From: a virus
DNA length: 39,197 nt
Virus record (IMG/VR): IMGVR_UViG_3300031578_000142
Reading direction: 5' to 3' (one strand)
In this document: positions 1 to 6,973 of the stretch, piece after piece
How the letters are laid out: the number at the start of each line of letters is the position of its first letter
How positions within the stretch are numbered: position 1 is the stretch's first letter
The notes under the pieces: generated by a model
Told to the model about the DNA's origin: nothing
Database searches by the model: none
The model's input: only the letters and a program-made list of their open reading frames with translations
Translations under genes and position numbers: made by a program

Positions 1-127
1 CTAGCCGCAGGCAGCGATGATCCCCAGGTGATCTTTCAACTCTGGCGCGATTCGCCTGGCCACAACGCTAACATGCTCAATGCTCATCTCAAGGTGGTTG
101 GCTTGGCTAAGGCGTATGACCCTGATT
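1..127. repeat. Terminal overlap: 1-127 is an exact copy of 39071-39197 (circular closure or terminal redundancy)
   Basis: Both ends read ctagccgcaggcagcgatgatccccaggtgatctttcaac...ggcgtatgaccctgatt, 127/127 identical by eye. A CDS reads in frame across the junction. Confidence 0.95.
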
Positions 128-234
128 CCTTCTTTGGCTGGTATTGGGCCGCAGACTTCGGAGGCTGCTATGACAAATTCTGGTACTTGGCTGAATGGTT
201 TCCCCCCGGGTATCCCTTCAATCTTAGTTGGTGA
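1..234 (+). CDS. 3' part of a secreted CAP/SCP (PR-1/YkwD-like) domain protein; the 5' part is 38789-39197 across the junction
   Basis: Frame 1 is open from base 1 to TGA 232-234. LAAGSDDPQVIFQLWRDSPGHNANMLNAHLKVVGLAKAY matches the conserved ENia..W..SpGH..N[IM]L core of bacterial CAP/YkwD proteins. Confidence 0.75.
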   Translation, partial: LAAGSDDPQVIFQLWRDSPGHNANMLNAHLKVVGLAKAYDPDSFFGWYWAADFGGCYDKFWYLAEWFPPGYPFNLSW

Positions 235-246
235 GGAGGAGAAGGC

Positions 247-570
247 ATGAACAGGGATGCTGATCTGGCTGCTGATTGCCGACGGTTAGAGCGCAAACTC
301 AAACAAGTCACAGAGGAACGCAATAGCTGGAAGCGTTGGTGCGAGGAAGCCGAGGCCAAGCTCGCCGCCCTCGAGCCCGAGCCGCTGGAAGCGCCTACGG
401 TGCTGGCGGAAGGGTGGGCCATGCCCCGGCACTCCTATTATATGGGCTATCACATGGAGGAGGGTGAGGATACGGTGTGGTTCGATAGCCAGATACGTGT
501 CTACCTAGACCGCGCACCGAAAGGCTCGCGGCCCGTCACCATCACGGCTGGAGGGAAGCATGACGCCTGA
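247..570 (+). CDS. hypothetical protein, charged coiled-coil-like N-terminus
   Basis: 107-aa ORF with GGAGGAG just upstream of ATG 247. LERKLKQVTEERNSWKRWCEEAEAKLAAL is a heptad-like segment. No family recognised. Confidence 0.6.
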   Translation: MNRDADLAADCRRLERKLKQVTEERNSWKRWCEEAEAKLAALEPEPLEAPTVLAEGWAMPRHSYYMGYHMEEGEDTVWFDSQIRVYLDRAPKGSRPVTITAGGKHDA

Positions 571-763
571 AGCCTATCGCCGGATACGCCGCGCCGTACA
601 GCGCAAGATCATAGAGCGGGAACACTACATCCACTGGGCATTGGAGCGCGACATCATGTTCCTCTTGGCTCAGGGCGATGATTACGGCTTCACGGTTGGC
701 TGGCCGCATCACGGTATGGTACTCGACCCTGGCTGGCCCGAACAGATGCAGTGGCAGAACTGA
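560..763 (+). CDS. hypothetical protein
   Basis: 67-aa ORF. ATG 560 overlaps the end of the upstream gene, suggesting translational coupling. No family recognised. Confidence 0.55.
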   Translation: MTPEAYRRIRRAVQRKIIEREHYIHWALERDIMFLLAQGDDYGFTVGWPHHGMVLDPGWPEQMQWQN

Positions 764-775
764 GGGGGAAACATC

Positions 776-955
776 ATGCACAAGCCATATCCCGTAACCT
801 TTGACCTCCATATGCAGGAGGCCCGAACGAAGGAGGTCACGGTAAAGAGGTTCACCGTCTTCGTCTCGGCCAGGAATGTGTCTAACGCATTAAGGCGCAC
901 CTTCAAGCGGTTCCCGGGTTGTAGGCTGGTGCCCGACTCGGAACTGAGGGAGTGA
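776..955 (+). CDS. hypothetical small protein (59 aa, below the ORF-track cutoff)
   Basis: ATG 776 is preceded by GAGGGGGA. The product MHKPYPVTFDLHMQEARTKEVTVKRFTVFVSARNVSNALRRTFKRFPGCRLVPDSELRE ends at TGA 953-955. It fills the gap between two + strand genes. Confidence 0.45.
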   Translation: MHKPYPVTFDLHMQEARTKEVTVKRFTVFVSARNVSNALRRTFKRFPGCRLVPDSELRE

Positions 956-958
956 ACC

Positions 959-1204
959 ATGACACGACGCCCACGAGTAATGCCCGACCTTGAAGAGATA
1001 GCTGCGAAACATGGGCTGACCCTTGCCGACCTTAAAGGGCCTCGCAGGGTTGCTGAAACCGTAGAGGCACGGAGGGAGGCGATGTGGGCCTTGTGGCGTG
1101 GGGGGTTCGATTTGGTGGAGATCGGCAAGATTATGAATAGACATGCAAGCACGGCAGGACAGTATCTGAGGACAAATGCCGGCCAGCAGGAAGTGAGGGT
1201 GTGA
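959..1204 (+). CDS. stand-alone DnaA C-terminal (domain IV)-like helix-turn-helix protein
   Basis: IAAKHGLTLADLKGPRRVAETVEARREAMWALWRGGFDLVEIGKIMNRHASTAGQYL parallels DnaA domain IV (..v.dl.skrR.r.va.aRqiAMyL.relt..sl.eIG..fg.rdHtTV.h). Confidence 0.6.
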   Translation: MTRRPRVMPDLEEIAAKHGLTLADLKGPRRVAETVEARREAMWALWRGGFDLVEIGKIMNRHASTAGQYLRTNAGQQEVRV

Positions 1205-1207
1205 ACT

Positions 1208-1312
1208 ATGCCTGACATCTTGTGGGCATACGTGATCTGCGCCGGCGTCCTGGCCGCGCTGGTGGGCTTGGATGTGTTGTGGGGCTACGCCGAGCGATGG
1301 AGGAACCGATGA
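1208..1312 (+). CDS. possible 34-aa single-pass membrane peptide
   Basis: Product is MPDILWAYVICAGVLAALVGLDVLWGYAERWRNR. Its stop overlaps the next ATG (ATGA at 1309-1312). No clear RBS. Confidence 0.3.
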   Translation: MPDILWAYVICAGVLAALVGLDVLWGYAERWRNR

Positions 1313-1653
1313 CGACAGCAATCCTCTACCGCTGCCCTTATTGCGCTGAGGAATGGACGAGCGAGCTAGATACGCCTGTCTGTCCTGCCTGCCACAAGTG
1401 GGAAGACAGACCAGGGATTGTAGCCCTGCTATGGATAAAGAAGGAACCAACAGTAGCCGGCCTGGGAAGGAAGGGAGGCGGACGATGTGGCGAGGCCAGT
1501 ATCGGCCAGGAGCGTAGCGGTTCTGTGGTGCCTGGATGCCCAGGTGTTCACCGAGTTAGCGATTCGCGCACTACAGGAAAGGAGAAGGGGGGAGGCTATT
1601 CGAGCGATGCGGTGTGCCGGGGCCTGTTCAGGGCTGGCGGCAGAGAGAGTTGA
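1309..1653 (+). CDS. zinc-ribbon protein (CxxC..CxxC); 3' extent uncertain
   Basis: ATG 1309 sits in an ATGA overlap. MTTAILYRCPYCAEEWTSELDTPVCPACHKW carries the two Cys pairs. The C-terminal Gly/Arg-rich part overlaps the alternative ORF 1487-1693. Confidence 0.45.
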   Translation: MTTAILYRCPYCAEEWTSELDTPVCPACHKWEDRPGIVALLWIKKEPTVAGLGRKGGGRCGEASIGQERSGSVVPGCPGVHRVSDSRTTGKEKGGGYSSDAVCRGLFRAGGRES

Positions 1654-1698
1654 GGGCCTAGACATGAAGCGCCCAAGCCCTCAGGGGAGATAGATTCC

Positions 1699-1881
1699 AT
1701 GACAAGTGAACCACAAGGGAAGAAGGATGTCAAGCAGGTGCATCAGGTTATCTGGCCGCAGAGGAAGCCTGCCCCTATGAACTGTCCTAAGTGCAACCAC
1801 AGCGTAACACCGCGCTCGACAGGCAATGGGCGGGAAGTCGAGTGCCCCGGCTGTGGGCATCGCTGGACAGAGGAGGAGTGA
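1699..1881 (+). CDS. zinc-ribbon protein
   Basis: 60-aa ORF containing NCPKCNHS...ECPGCGHRW. Confidence 0.6.
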   Translation: MTSEPQGKKDVKQVHQVIWPQRKPAPMNCPKCNHSVTPRSTGNGREVECPGCGHRWTEEE

Positions 1882-2115
1882 GTGATGGGTAGCAAGCGCT
1901 GCCCTAAGTGCCAGGAGCCGATGCGCGTCTATCGTGAAGAGTGCGAAGCGTTCTGCGACGATTGCATGATTGTGGTTTTTATGCGACGCGCTGCCTTCAA
2001 TGACCTCAAAGCCGAGGCGGCAACCTTTGAAGGCACCGAGGATGAATTCGCTACATCTTGCATCGTCCCCAATATGGCAAGGCGGGCTTACCGCGCAGCA
2101 AGGAGGAGTGAGTGA
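1882..2115 (+). CDS. zinc-ribbon protein
   Basis: Start is GTG 1882 or ATG 1885, directly after AGGAGGAGTGA. The product contains RCPKCQEPM...FCDDC. Confidence 0.6.
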   Translation: MMGSKRCPKCQEPMRVYREECEAFCDDCMIVVFMRRAAFNDLKAEAATFEGTEDEFATSCIVPNMARRAYRAARRSE

Positions 2116-2606
2116 TGGCTGAACCGAAGGACGAAGAACGCAAGCCCTTCATAACGTTCTCGTTCACCGAGGAGGGCGCGTTCGACAGGTATGCGGGCAT
2201 CTACCTACACCTCCCGCTAGAGAAGCCGCCGACTGGTGAGGAGATCGCCATCATGGTCGGCACCATCAAGACCTACGCAAAGTGCTTTGCGGAACTCCAA
2301 GGCAAGGGAGTCGTAGCGAGGTTGCAGGAATCCGAGGAGCCGCCCCAGGATGAGCCTTTAGGGGTACAAACCGTAGAAGGCAACCGACCACTAGGCGGGG
2401 CGAGCGAACCCCAGTGCAAGAAGATTCTCGCTATCTGCCACAAGGCGGACGGAAAGATGGTGGAGGAGCTACTGGCTAACTACGCCGGTGCTGAGTGGCG
2501 GTCTGACAAGAACGGTCATTGTCTACCCGAATGGGACTTCCTGCGAAGCCTCACGCTGCGCCAAGCATCGACCATCATTGAGAGGTTGGAACGTGCTGAA
2601 AGTTGA
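2112..2606 (+). CDS. hypothetical protein (164 aa)
   Basis: Start is GTG 2112 or ATG 2115, after the same AGGAGGAGTGAGTGATGG junction seen at 1871. Acidic middle region. No family recognised. Confidence 0.65.
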   Translation: MMAEPKDEERKPFITFSFTEEGAFDRYAGIYLHLPLEKPPTGEEIAIMVGTIKTYAKCFAELQGKGVVARLQESEEPPQDEPLGVQTVEGNRPLGGASEPQCKKILAICHKADGKMVEELLANYAGAEWRSDKNGHCLPEWDFLRSLTLRQASTIIERLERAES

Positions 2607-2728
2607 CTAAGGGCCGCACCCCCTTACGGTGAGGATTTCGCTCCTCGCCGTCGCTGCCCCAGCCAGGTTGAAGCGAACAAGCAATATCTGGAGGCCGGCC
2701 CTGGGGCGGCGATGAGGAGGAACGAGCG

Positions 2729-3049
2729 ATGAAGAAGGACGACAAATATTACCTCGACATGATCTGTACGAACTGCGGCCATCGGGGGATGAGGGCCATA
2801 GACAAGGGCGTTACCGACAAGGATGAGCCACTGGCCTGCCCGAATTGCGAGTGCTGGACTTATGTGCCTGAGTGGTCGCACCCCAAGCCCGCACCCCCCC
2901 TACAGCCCATCATGCCCGCACCGTGGAATCCAAATCCCCCGTGGGAACCGATACCTTATAACCCCTGGTTCCCACATCCCCGTTGGGGCCGGCCACCTGA
3001 GCCTTATTGCGCCTGGTTCCGTGAGGCACGGTGCGGAGGGTCCGAGTGA
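2729..3049 (+). CDS. zinc-ribbon protein with Pro/Trp-rich C-terminus
   Basis: GAGGAGG lies upstream. The product has ICTNCGH...ACPNCEC followed by PKPAPPLQPIMPAPWNPNPPWEPIPYNPWFPHPRW. Confidence 0.6.
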   Translation: MKKDDKYYLDMICTNCGHRGMRAIDKGVTDKDEPLACPNCECWTYVPEWSHPKPAPPLQPIMPAPWNPNPPWEPIPYNPWFPHPRWGRPPEPYCAWFREARCGGSE

Positions 3050-3078
3050 CCCACATCCCCCTGTGTAAGGAGTGAGAT

Positions 3079-3276
3079 ATGAAGGAGAACATCGTCGTGT
3101 GCTGCGAAGATATGTTTAGGGCTTTTGGCCGCGGGCTTCGCTATCAAGATCATGTGGATAGCTTCGGGGAGGTTCACCGAGGCGTCTCCTTGGAAGCATC
3201 ACCACCAGGGCCGCAGTTTGAGTACTGCCCCTTCTGCGGCAAGGAACTCCCGTTCCCGTATGAGGAAGCCAAGTGA
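3079..3276 (+). CDS. small Cys-containing protein (65 aa)
   Basis: AAGGAG RBS. The product has VVCCEDM...YCPFCGKE. The gene is flanked by 16-bp direct repeats at 3052-3067 and 3285-3300. Confidence 0.55.
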   Translation: MKENIVVCCEDMFRAFGRGLRYQDHVDSFGEVHRGVSLEASPPGPQFEYCPFCGKELPFPYEEAK

Positions 3277-4376
3277 GCGAGCGTCACATCCCCCTGTGTA
3301 GCACAAAGGGTTGCCCGCATCCTAGCGATCCTGACTGGCACCGCTGCTTCATTGACGGCTGCAACAAGCAAGAGGGCGACCACCAACACTTCCCGAAGAA
3401 GTCCCTCGCCGGTAAGGGGGCCAAGATTGTCGCCTTCCTGTGCCGGAACCATCACGAGAAGATCACCCTCCACCAATGGCGGGAGGGCGTCTACACGCAT
3501 CCTGACGGCTCTAAGCGCTACTACGTCCAGAACCAGAAGGGCGAGGAACAGTGCGAGCGGGTGATAGAGGCGGCTCCAGAGCAAGCATCGTCGCCTCAGG
3601 AGCAGGTCGGGGACTCGTCCCGACTAAAGCACATGCTGGCTCAGCCCCTTGGCGCTCCGATAGAGCTCACGGACGAGGAGGCGGAAGAAATCGTGCGTCT
3701 CGCGGCAGGGAGTAGACCAGATCTCACGCCAGGAAAAGAGTACGTCGAGGACGTCCGCAGCGATGAACCTCGCGAGGGCCTACCCGCCGTCACCGCCGTC
3801 ACAGATTCAGCCAAGGCCAGCATCAAAGGCCGACAAGCCCTAGAGCCCTCACGAACATCTCTCCCCGCCGTCAAGGAAGAGGCCCTACCCGTTGCCTGGG
3901 AAGCCCTCTCAGACGAAGAACTAGCAGCCATCTACGCCGACGCCGACAAGAATCAAAAGGACGCCTTCCTTACCAAATGCCACGCCATCCATACCTACCG
4001 CGAACGCCACGTCCAGCAATGGGGCGAGTCTTGGACCGACCAGGCGTATGAGCTCTTTGATGGTGCCCCGTCGCGCCGGACGCTAGGGGCTTACGCAAAC
4101 ATCTGGGGAATATGCGACACGTCTGGCCCAAATCTGGAACACATAGGGCCACTCACCGACTCACGAGCCTTGATGCAGAACATAGGGCGCAGGAAGCCAG
4201 AGGACGGGAAGGTGGCTTTGGAGGCGGCGGTGGCGCACCTGGCCGAGTTCGGGGAACCCCCTACCGTAGCAGCCCTACAGCACCGGCTAGGCGAGGAGAG
4301 AGAGAAGCCTGTTGACGTGTGCCCTAAGTATGGCGACAAGCACCGTTTCTTCTGTGCTTGCGGGAAGGAGCGATGA
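3273..4376 (+). CDS. HNH-like nuclease-domain protein with a long uncharacterised C-terminal region
   Basis: GTG 3273 sits in a GTGA overlap. CNKQEGDHQHFPKKSLAGKGAKIVAFLCRNHHEKIT resembles the HNH core D-H-x-H...N/xx-LC-xx-[CH]H-xx-K. The protein ends with a CPKYGDKHRFFCACG Cys cluster. Confidence 0.6.
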   Translation: MSERHIPLCSTKGCPHPSDPDWHRCFIDGCNKQEGDHQHFPKKSLAGKGAKIVAFLCRNHHEKITLHQWREGVYTHPDGSKRYYVQNQKGEEQCERVIEAAPEQASSPQEQVGDSSRLKHMLAQPLGAPIELTDEEAEEIVRLAAGSRPDLTPGKEYVEDVRSDEPREGLPAVTAVTDSAKASIKGRQALEPSRTSLPAVKEEALPVAWEALSDEELAAIYADADKNQKDAFLTKCHAIHTYRERHVQQWGESWTDQAYELFDGAPSRRTLGAYANIWGICDTSGPNLEHIGPLTDSRALMQNIGRRKPEDGKVALEAAVAHLAEFGEPPTVAALQHRLGEEREKPVDVCPKYGDKHRFFCACGKER

Positions 4377-4798
4377 GCAAAACTGGAGCCTACACCTTGC
4401 GGCGGCTCTGCCACGAACCCTGGCCCATCACCAGCTTGACGGAGACGGGTCAGAGGATAGGCGTCACGAGGGAGCGGGTGCGGCAGCTTGTAAGGAAGCA
4501 CCGCATCCCAACCTATTTAAGAGGCGAACGTGGCCGGGGATTCTGCTCTTGGTGCAAACGGCCAGGTATCTACTCACTATCTGGTTTCTGCGCCCGCTGC
4601 TTGGCTTGGTCATACAGGGTTATTTTAACCTGCGATGACTGTGGAGCCTATTTCACTCGGTGTAGGGGGCTCATTGCTGGAAGACAACGGCAAAGCCGCT
4701 ACAAAGGCCACAACTACTGTTCACCTTTCTGTGCCCACAAGCACGGCTTCGATACAAGCCCTAATCACCAAAAAGCCTCTTGTCCTGAGAGCGGGTAA
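4373..4798 (+). CDS. sigma-70 region-4-like HTH plus multi-Cys zinc-finger transcription regulator
   Basis: ATG 4373 (ATGA overlap) follows GGAAGGAG. LTETGQRIGVTRERVRQLVRKH matches the sigma region 4.2 signature. Several C-x2-C pairs follow (CSWCKR, CARC, CDDCG, CSPFCAHKH). Confidence 0.6.
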   Translation: MSKTGAYTLRRLCHEPWPITSLTETGQRIGVTRERVRQLVRKHRIPTYLRGERGRGFCSWCKRPGIYSLSGFCARCLAWSYRVILTCDDCGAYFTRCRGLIAGRQRQSRYKGHNYCSPFCAHKHGFDTSPNHQKASCPESG

Positions 4799-5278
4799 AT
4801 GATGACTGACCTCTACATAGGAATCGACCCGGGGCTTGATGGTGCTGTGGGCTTTATCGGCAGGGACGTTGTGGTTTTCCGCACTCCGACGATCAAGGTG
4901 GGGAAGCGAAGGCAATACAGGGCGCAGGAGATGGCTCAGATTCTTCAGTATCGCCTCCCTGTCGACAGGCCGGAGGATAGGTTCGCCATCCTTGAATCTG
5001 TCCATTCCATGCCCGGGCAAGGCGTGGCGAGCTCCTTCTCCTTTGGCCGGGGCTTCGGGCTATGGGAGGGCATCCTGGTAGCTCTCGGCATTCCCTACCT
5101 TCTTGTAGCACCGCAGACCTGGAAGGCCGCCATGCTCCGAGATATGCCGCACGACAAGAACGCAGCCAAGCTCCAGGCTTCCCGCCTGTGGCCCGAGCTA
5201 GGTCACCTGTCGGATGGCGAGGCCGAAGCCCTGCTGATGGCGGAATACGGGAGAAGGTTGCAGGGGGTAGCGGAATGA
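4799..5278 (+). CDS. RuvC-like Holliday junction resolvase
   Basis: LYIGIDPGLDGAVGF, ILESVHSMPGQGVASSFSFGRGFG, APQTWKAAM and DGEAEALLMAEYG form the phage RuvC-fold acidic-residue pattern. Confidence 0.8.
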   Translation: MMTDLYIGIDPGLDGAVGFIGRDVVVFRTPTIKVGKRRQYRAQEMAQILQYRLPVDRPEDRFAILESVHSMPGQGVASSFSFGRGFGLWEGILVALGIPYLLVAPQTWKAAMLRDMPHDKNAAKLQASRLWPELGHLSDGEAEALLMAEYGRRLQGVAE

Positions 5279-5580
5279 ACAAGAGGCAGACCATCAAGAT
5301 AGCAACGCTTTACGGCATGACGAGCGTTCGTGCTCGCATCATCGCTCCGGGGCTGGCTGTTCACGAAACCAATTTAGGTGATGCGATTTTCCCAAACTAT
5401 GTCTGGGGCATCACCCATATTCCGTCTGGAACGCACATAACCCACGCCTCGACGCAGCCGAGGGCCGTGAAGATAGCCCGCGCCCTCGCAGCTCTAACCG
5501 ACTGGTCAAAGATTGAGAAGGACAAGGTGCCAAATAAGCTGAAGAGGAAGGTTCTGGAGACCATTGCGAGTCTGGTCTAA
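5275..5580 (+). CDS. hypothetical protein (101 aa)
   Basis: ATG 5275 sits in an ATGA overlap with the resolvase stop. The track ORF 5062-5580 N-terminal extension lies inside the resolvase gene. Confidence 0.6.
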   Translation: MNKRQTIKIATLYGMTSVRARIIAPGLAVHETNLGDAIFPNYVWGITHIPSGTHITHASTQPRAVKIARALAALTDWSKIEKDKVPNKLKRKVLETIASLV

Positions 5581-5642
5581 CCCGTCGCCAGGGGTGGGAT
5601 GTGCGGTGGATCAACAGGGTAGGTAGTCAAAGGAGGAAGAGC

Positions 5643-6233
5643 ATGAAGCGTACGATTCTAGGCACGTTCATCCTGGCCGTCATCGTGGCGGCGGGAACAC
5701 TGGGGGCGGTGGCGGCGACAGACGAGGAAGAGGGCGGGGTGCCCAACCTATGCCTGGAGGCAGTTAACAGCGCCTCGATGAGGGTGGTGAGCACCGGCCA
5801 GACATTAAAGGGCCATCAAGAGCCGACGGAGGTTGTCGCCAACGAAGCGGGAACTTGTGACGTGCAGTTCACCCGCCGGATGCACAGCCCCATACAGGAA
5901 GCTAGGTTCTACTGGAATGGGGAAGAGGTCATAACGGTTCCTGGTCCGCACGTCATCGGCATCGGGCACATCTACACGTTCACTCTGGTCGTCGGGGCGG
6001 ACGGCTCGGTGATGGTGAACGTGGGCGAGCCCGAGCGTCAGCTTTGGTGGTACGGCAGCAAGATCGGGTATCACACCCTCAGTACGGGTGACGCCTACTT
6101 CAGCCCTGAGTGCATCGCGGCCAGTCAAGATCCTGCGTACTTGGAAAACTACAAGCCAGGGACGGGGCCGGCCTGCGTCGCTCGGACGTACCTCAAGCCC
6201 TGTAGCAACTGTCCAGTCGAGGTTATTGAGTAA
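5643..6233 (+). CDS. exported protein of unknown function (signal peptide, several Cys)
   Basis: AGGAGG lies 6 nt before ATG 5643. MKRTILGTFILAVIVAAGTLGAVAATDEE is a signal or anchor sequence. Confidence 0.65.
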   Translation: MKRTILGTFILAVIVAAGTLGAVAATDEEEGGVPNLCLEAVNSASMRVVSTGQTLKGHQEPTEVVANEAGTCDVQFTRRMHSPIQEARFYWNGEEVITVPGPHVIGIGHIYTFTLVVGADGSVMVNVGEPERQLWWYGSKIGYHTLSTGDAYFSPECIAASQDPAYLENYKPGTGPACVARTYLKPCSNCPVEVIE

Positions 6234-6354
6234 GGATCATGGCGCAACGGGGGCTGGTGAGGGATATGGGTTGGGCTGGTCTCGTGGCCAGTGGGGATCG
6301 TCCCTGTCTGGTCGGCGGACGCCCTTCCAGCCCCCGGCGCCTCCAGGGAGAGAG

Positions 6355-6555
6355 ATGCCAAAGAAAACCTGCCATAACTGCGGCACCTGGCTGACCATGA
6401 AGGAGGAACTTGACACCGACAAAACTAATCCTCGTGGATTCTGTTTGGGGTGCCAGGGCAGGCTCACTAGGGCTCGTCACGCCGATCCTACCAACGCAGG
6501 TCTCATGCTGTGGAAACTGTGGCAGCTAAGGATGATTACGATAGCGCATGGATAG
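6355..6555 (+). CDS. zinc-ribbon protein (66 aa)
   Basis: GGGAGAGAG precedes ATG 6355. The product has TCHNCGTW...FCLGCQG. Confidence 0.5.
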   Translation: MPKKTCHNCGTWLTMKEELDTDKTNPRGFCLGCQGRLTRARHADPTNAGLMLWKLWQLRMITIAHG

Positions 6556-6737
6556 AGTGTTGGCCCGTCGCCAGGGGTGCGTCAGGGAAGGCAGAAACGG
6601 CACAGGGGCGCTTAAGGTTGGCCGTGTTCCCATGCGCCCATCTTGGCGCATCCCTGAGGGCGGGTAAGCGGAATCTAAACGAAAGGGGAAGCGGCGCGGG
6701 TAAACAGCCCGTTGGCCCGCCAGGAAGGAGTGGAAGG

Positions 6738-6950
6738 ATGACTGAACTGATTTGGGAAGTCACCATTGAACTCAATGAGGAGAAACCTGCCACGATTCTC
6801 TATGGCCAAGGTGAGGCTGAAGCTTTGCTTTGCTATGAGGATGACTGGCCAGTAATTAGGACAAAGGTAGATGCCGCGCTAGCCATACTAAGGCGCTCCC
6901 GTGAGGATGCTGAAGTAGGTCTCGCAATCAACAACGGAGGTACTAGCTGA
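6738..6950 (+). CDS. hypothetical protein (70 aa)
   Basis: GGAAGGAGTGGAAGG precedes ATG 6738. The upstream part of track ORF 6510-6950 looks non-coding. Confidence 0.5.
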   Translation: MTELIWEVTIELNEEKPATILYGQGEAEALLCYEDDWPVIRTKVDAALAILRRSREDAEVGLAINNGGTS

Positions 6951-6973
6951 AGTGGCTAGGCTGGCCTGCTGCG

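Noticed and set aside
1487-1693. Alternative 68-aa ORF (GTG start after GGGAGG) overlapping the 3' half of the 1309-1653 zinc-ribbon ORF.
   Set aside because: Not resolved rather than firmly rejected. Its peptide (DAQVFTELAIRALQERRRGEAIRAM) looks at least as protein-like as the Gly/Arg tail of the other frame. I cannot decide between them without codon statistics or homologs, so only the ORF with the clear Zn-ribbon motif is listed as a feature.
2607-2728. Possible terminator or structured element in the 122-bp gap after gene 2112-2606 (GCCCCAG...CTGGGGC inverted repeat; small CACC/GGTG hairpin).
   Set aside because: The stems are short or enclose a loop of about 35 nt. There is no U-tract and no convincing promoter hexamers. 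The evidence is too weak to annotate.
3153-3161. DnaA-box search prompted by the DnaA domain-IV-like protein. TGTGGATAG at 3153-3161 is an 8/9 match to TGTGGATAA.
   Set aside because: It is a single isolated near-match inside a coding region. I could not find a cluster by eye, so no DnaA-box origin is claimed.
6239-6394. 51-codon ORF (ATG 6239 after AAGGA) in the gap following the exported-protein gene. Also the long N-terminal extensions of track ORFs 6088-6555 and 6510-6950.
   Set aside because: The peptides are Gly/Arg/Pro-rich with no motifs, and the ORF overlaps the better-supported ATG 6355. The extensions overlap upstream genes or non-coding repeats. The region 6234-6354 is left unannotated.
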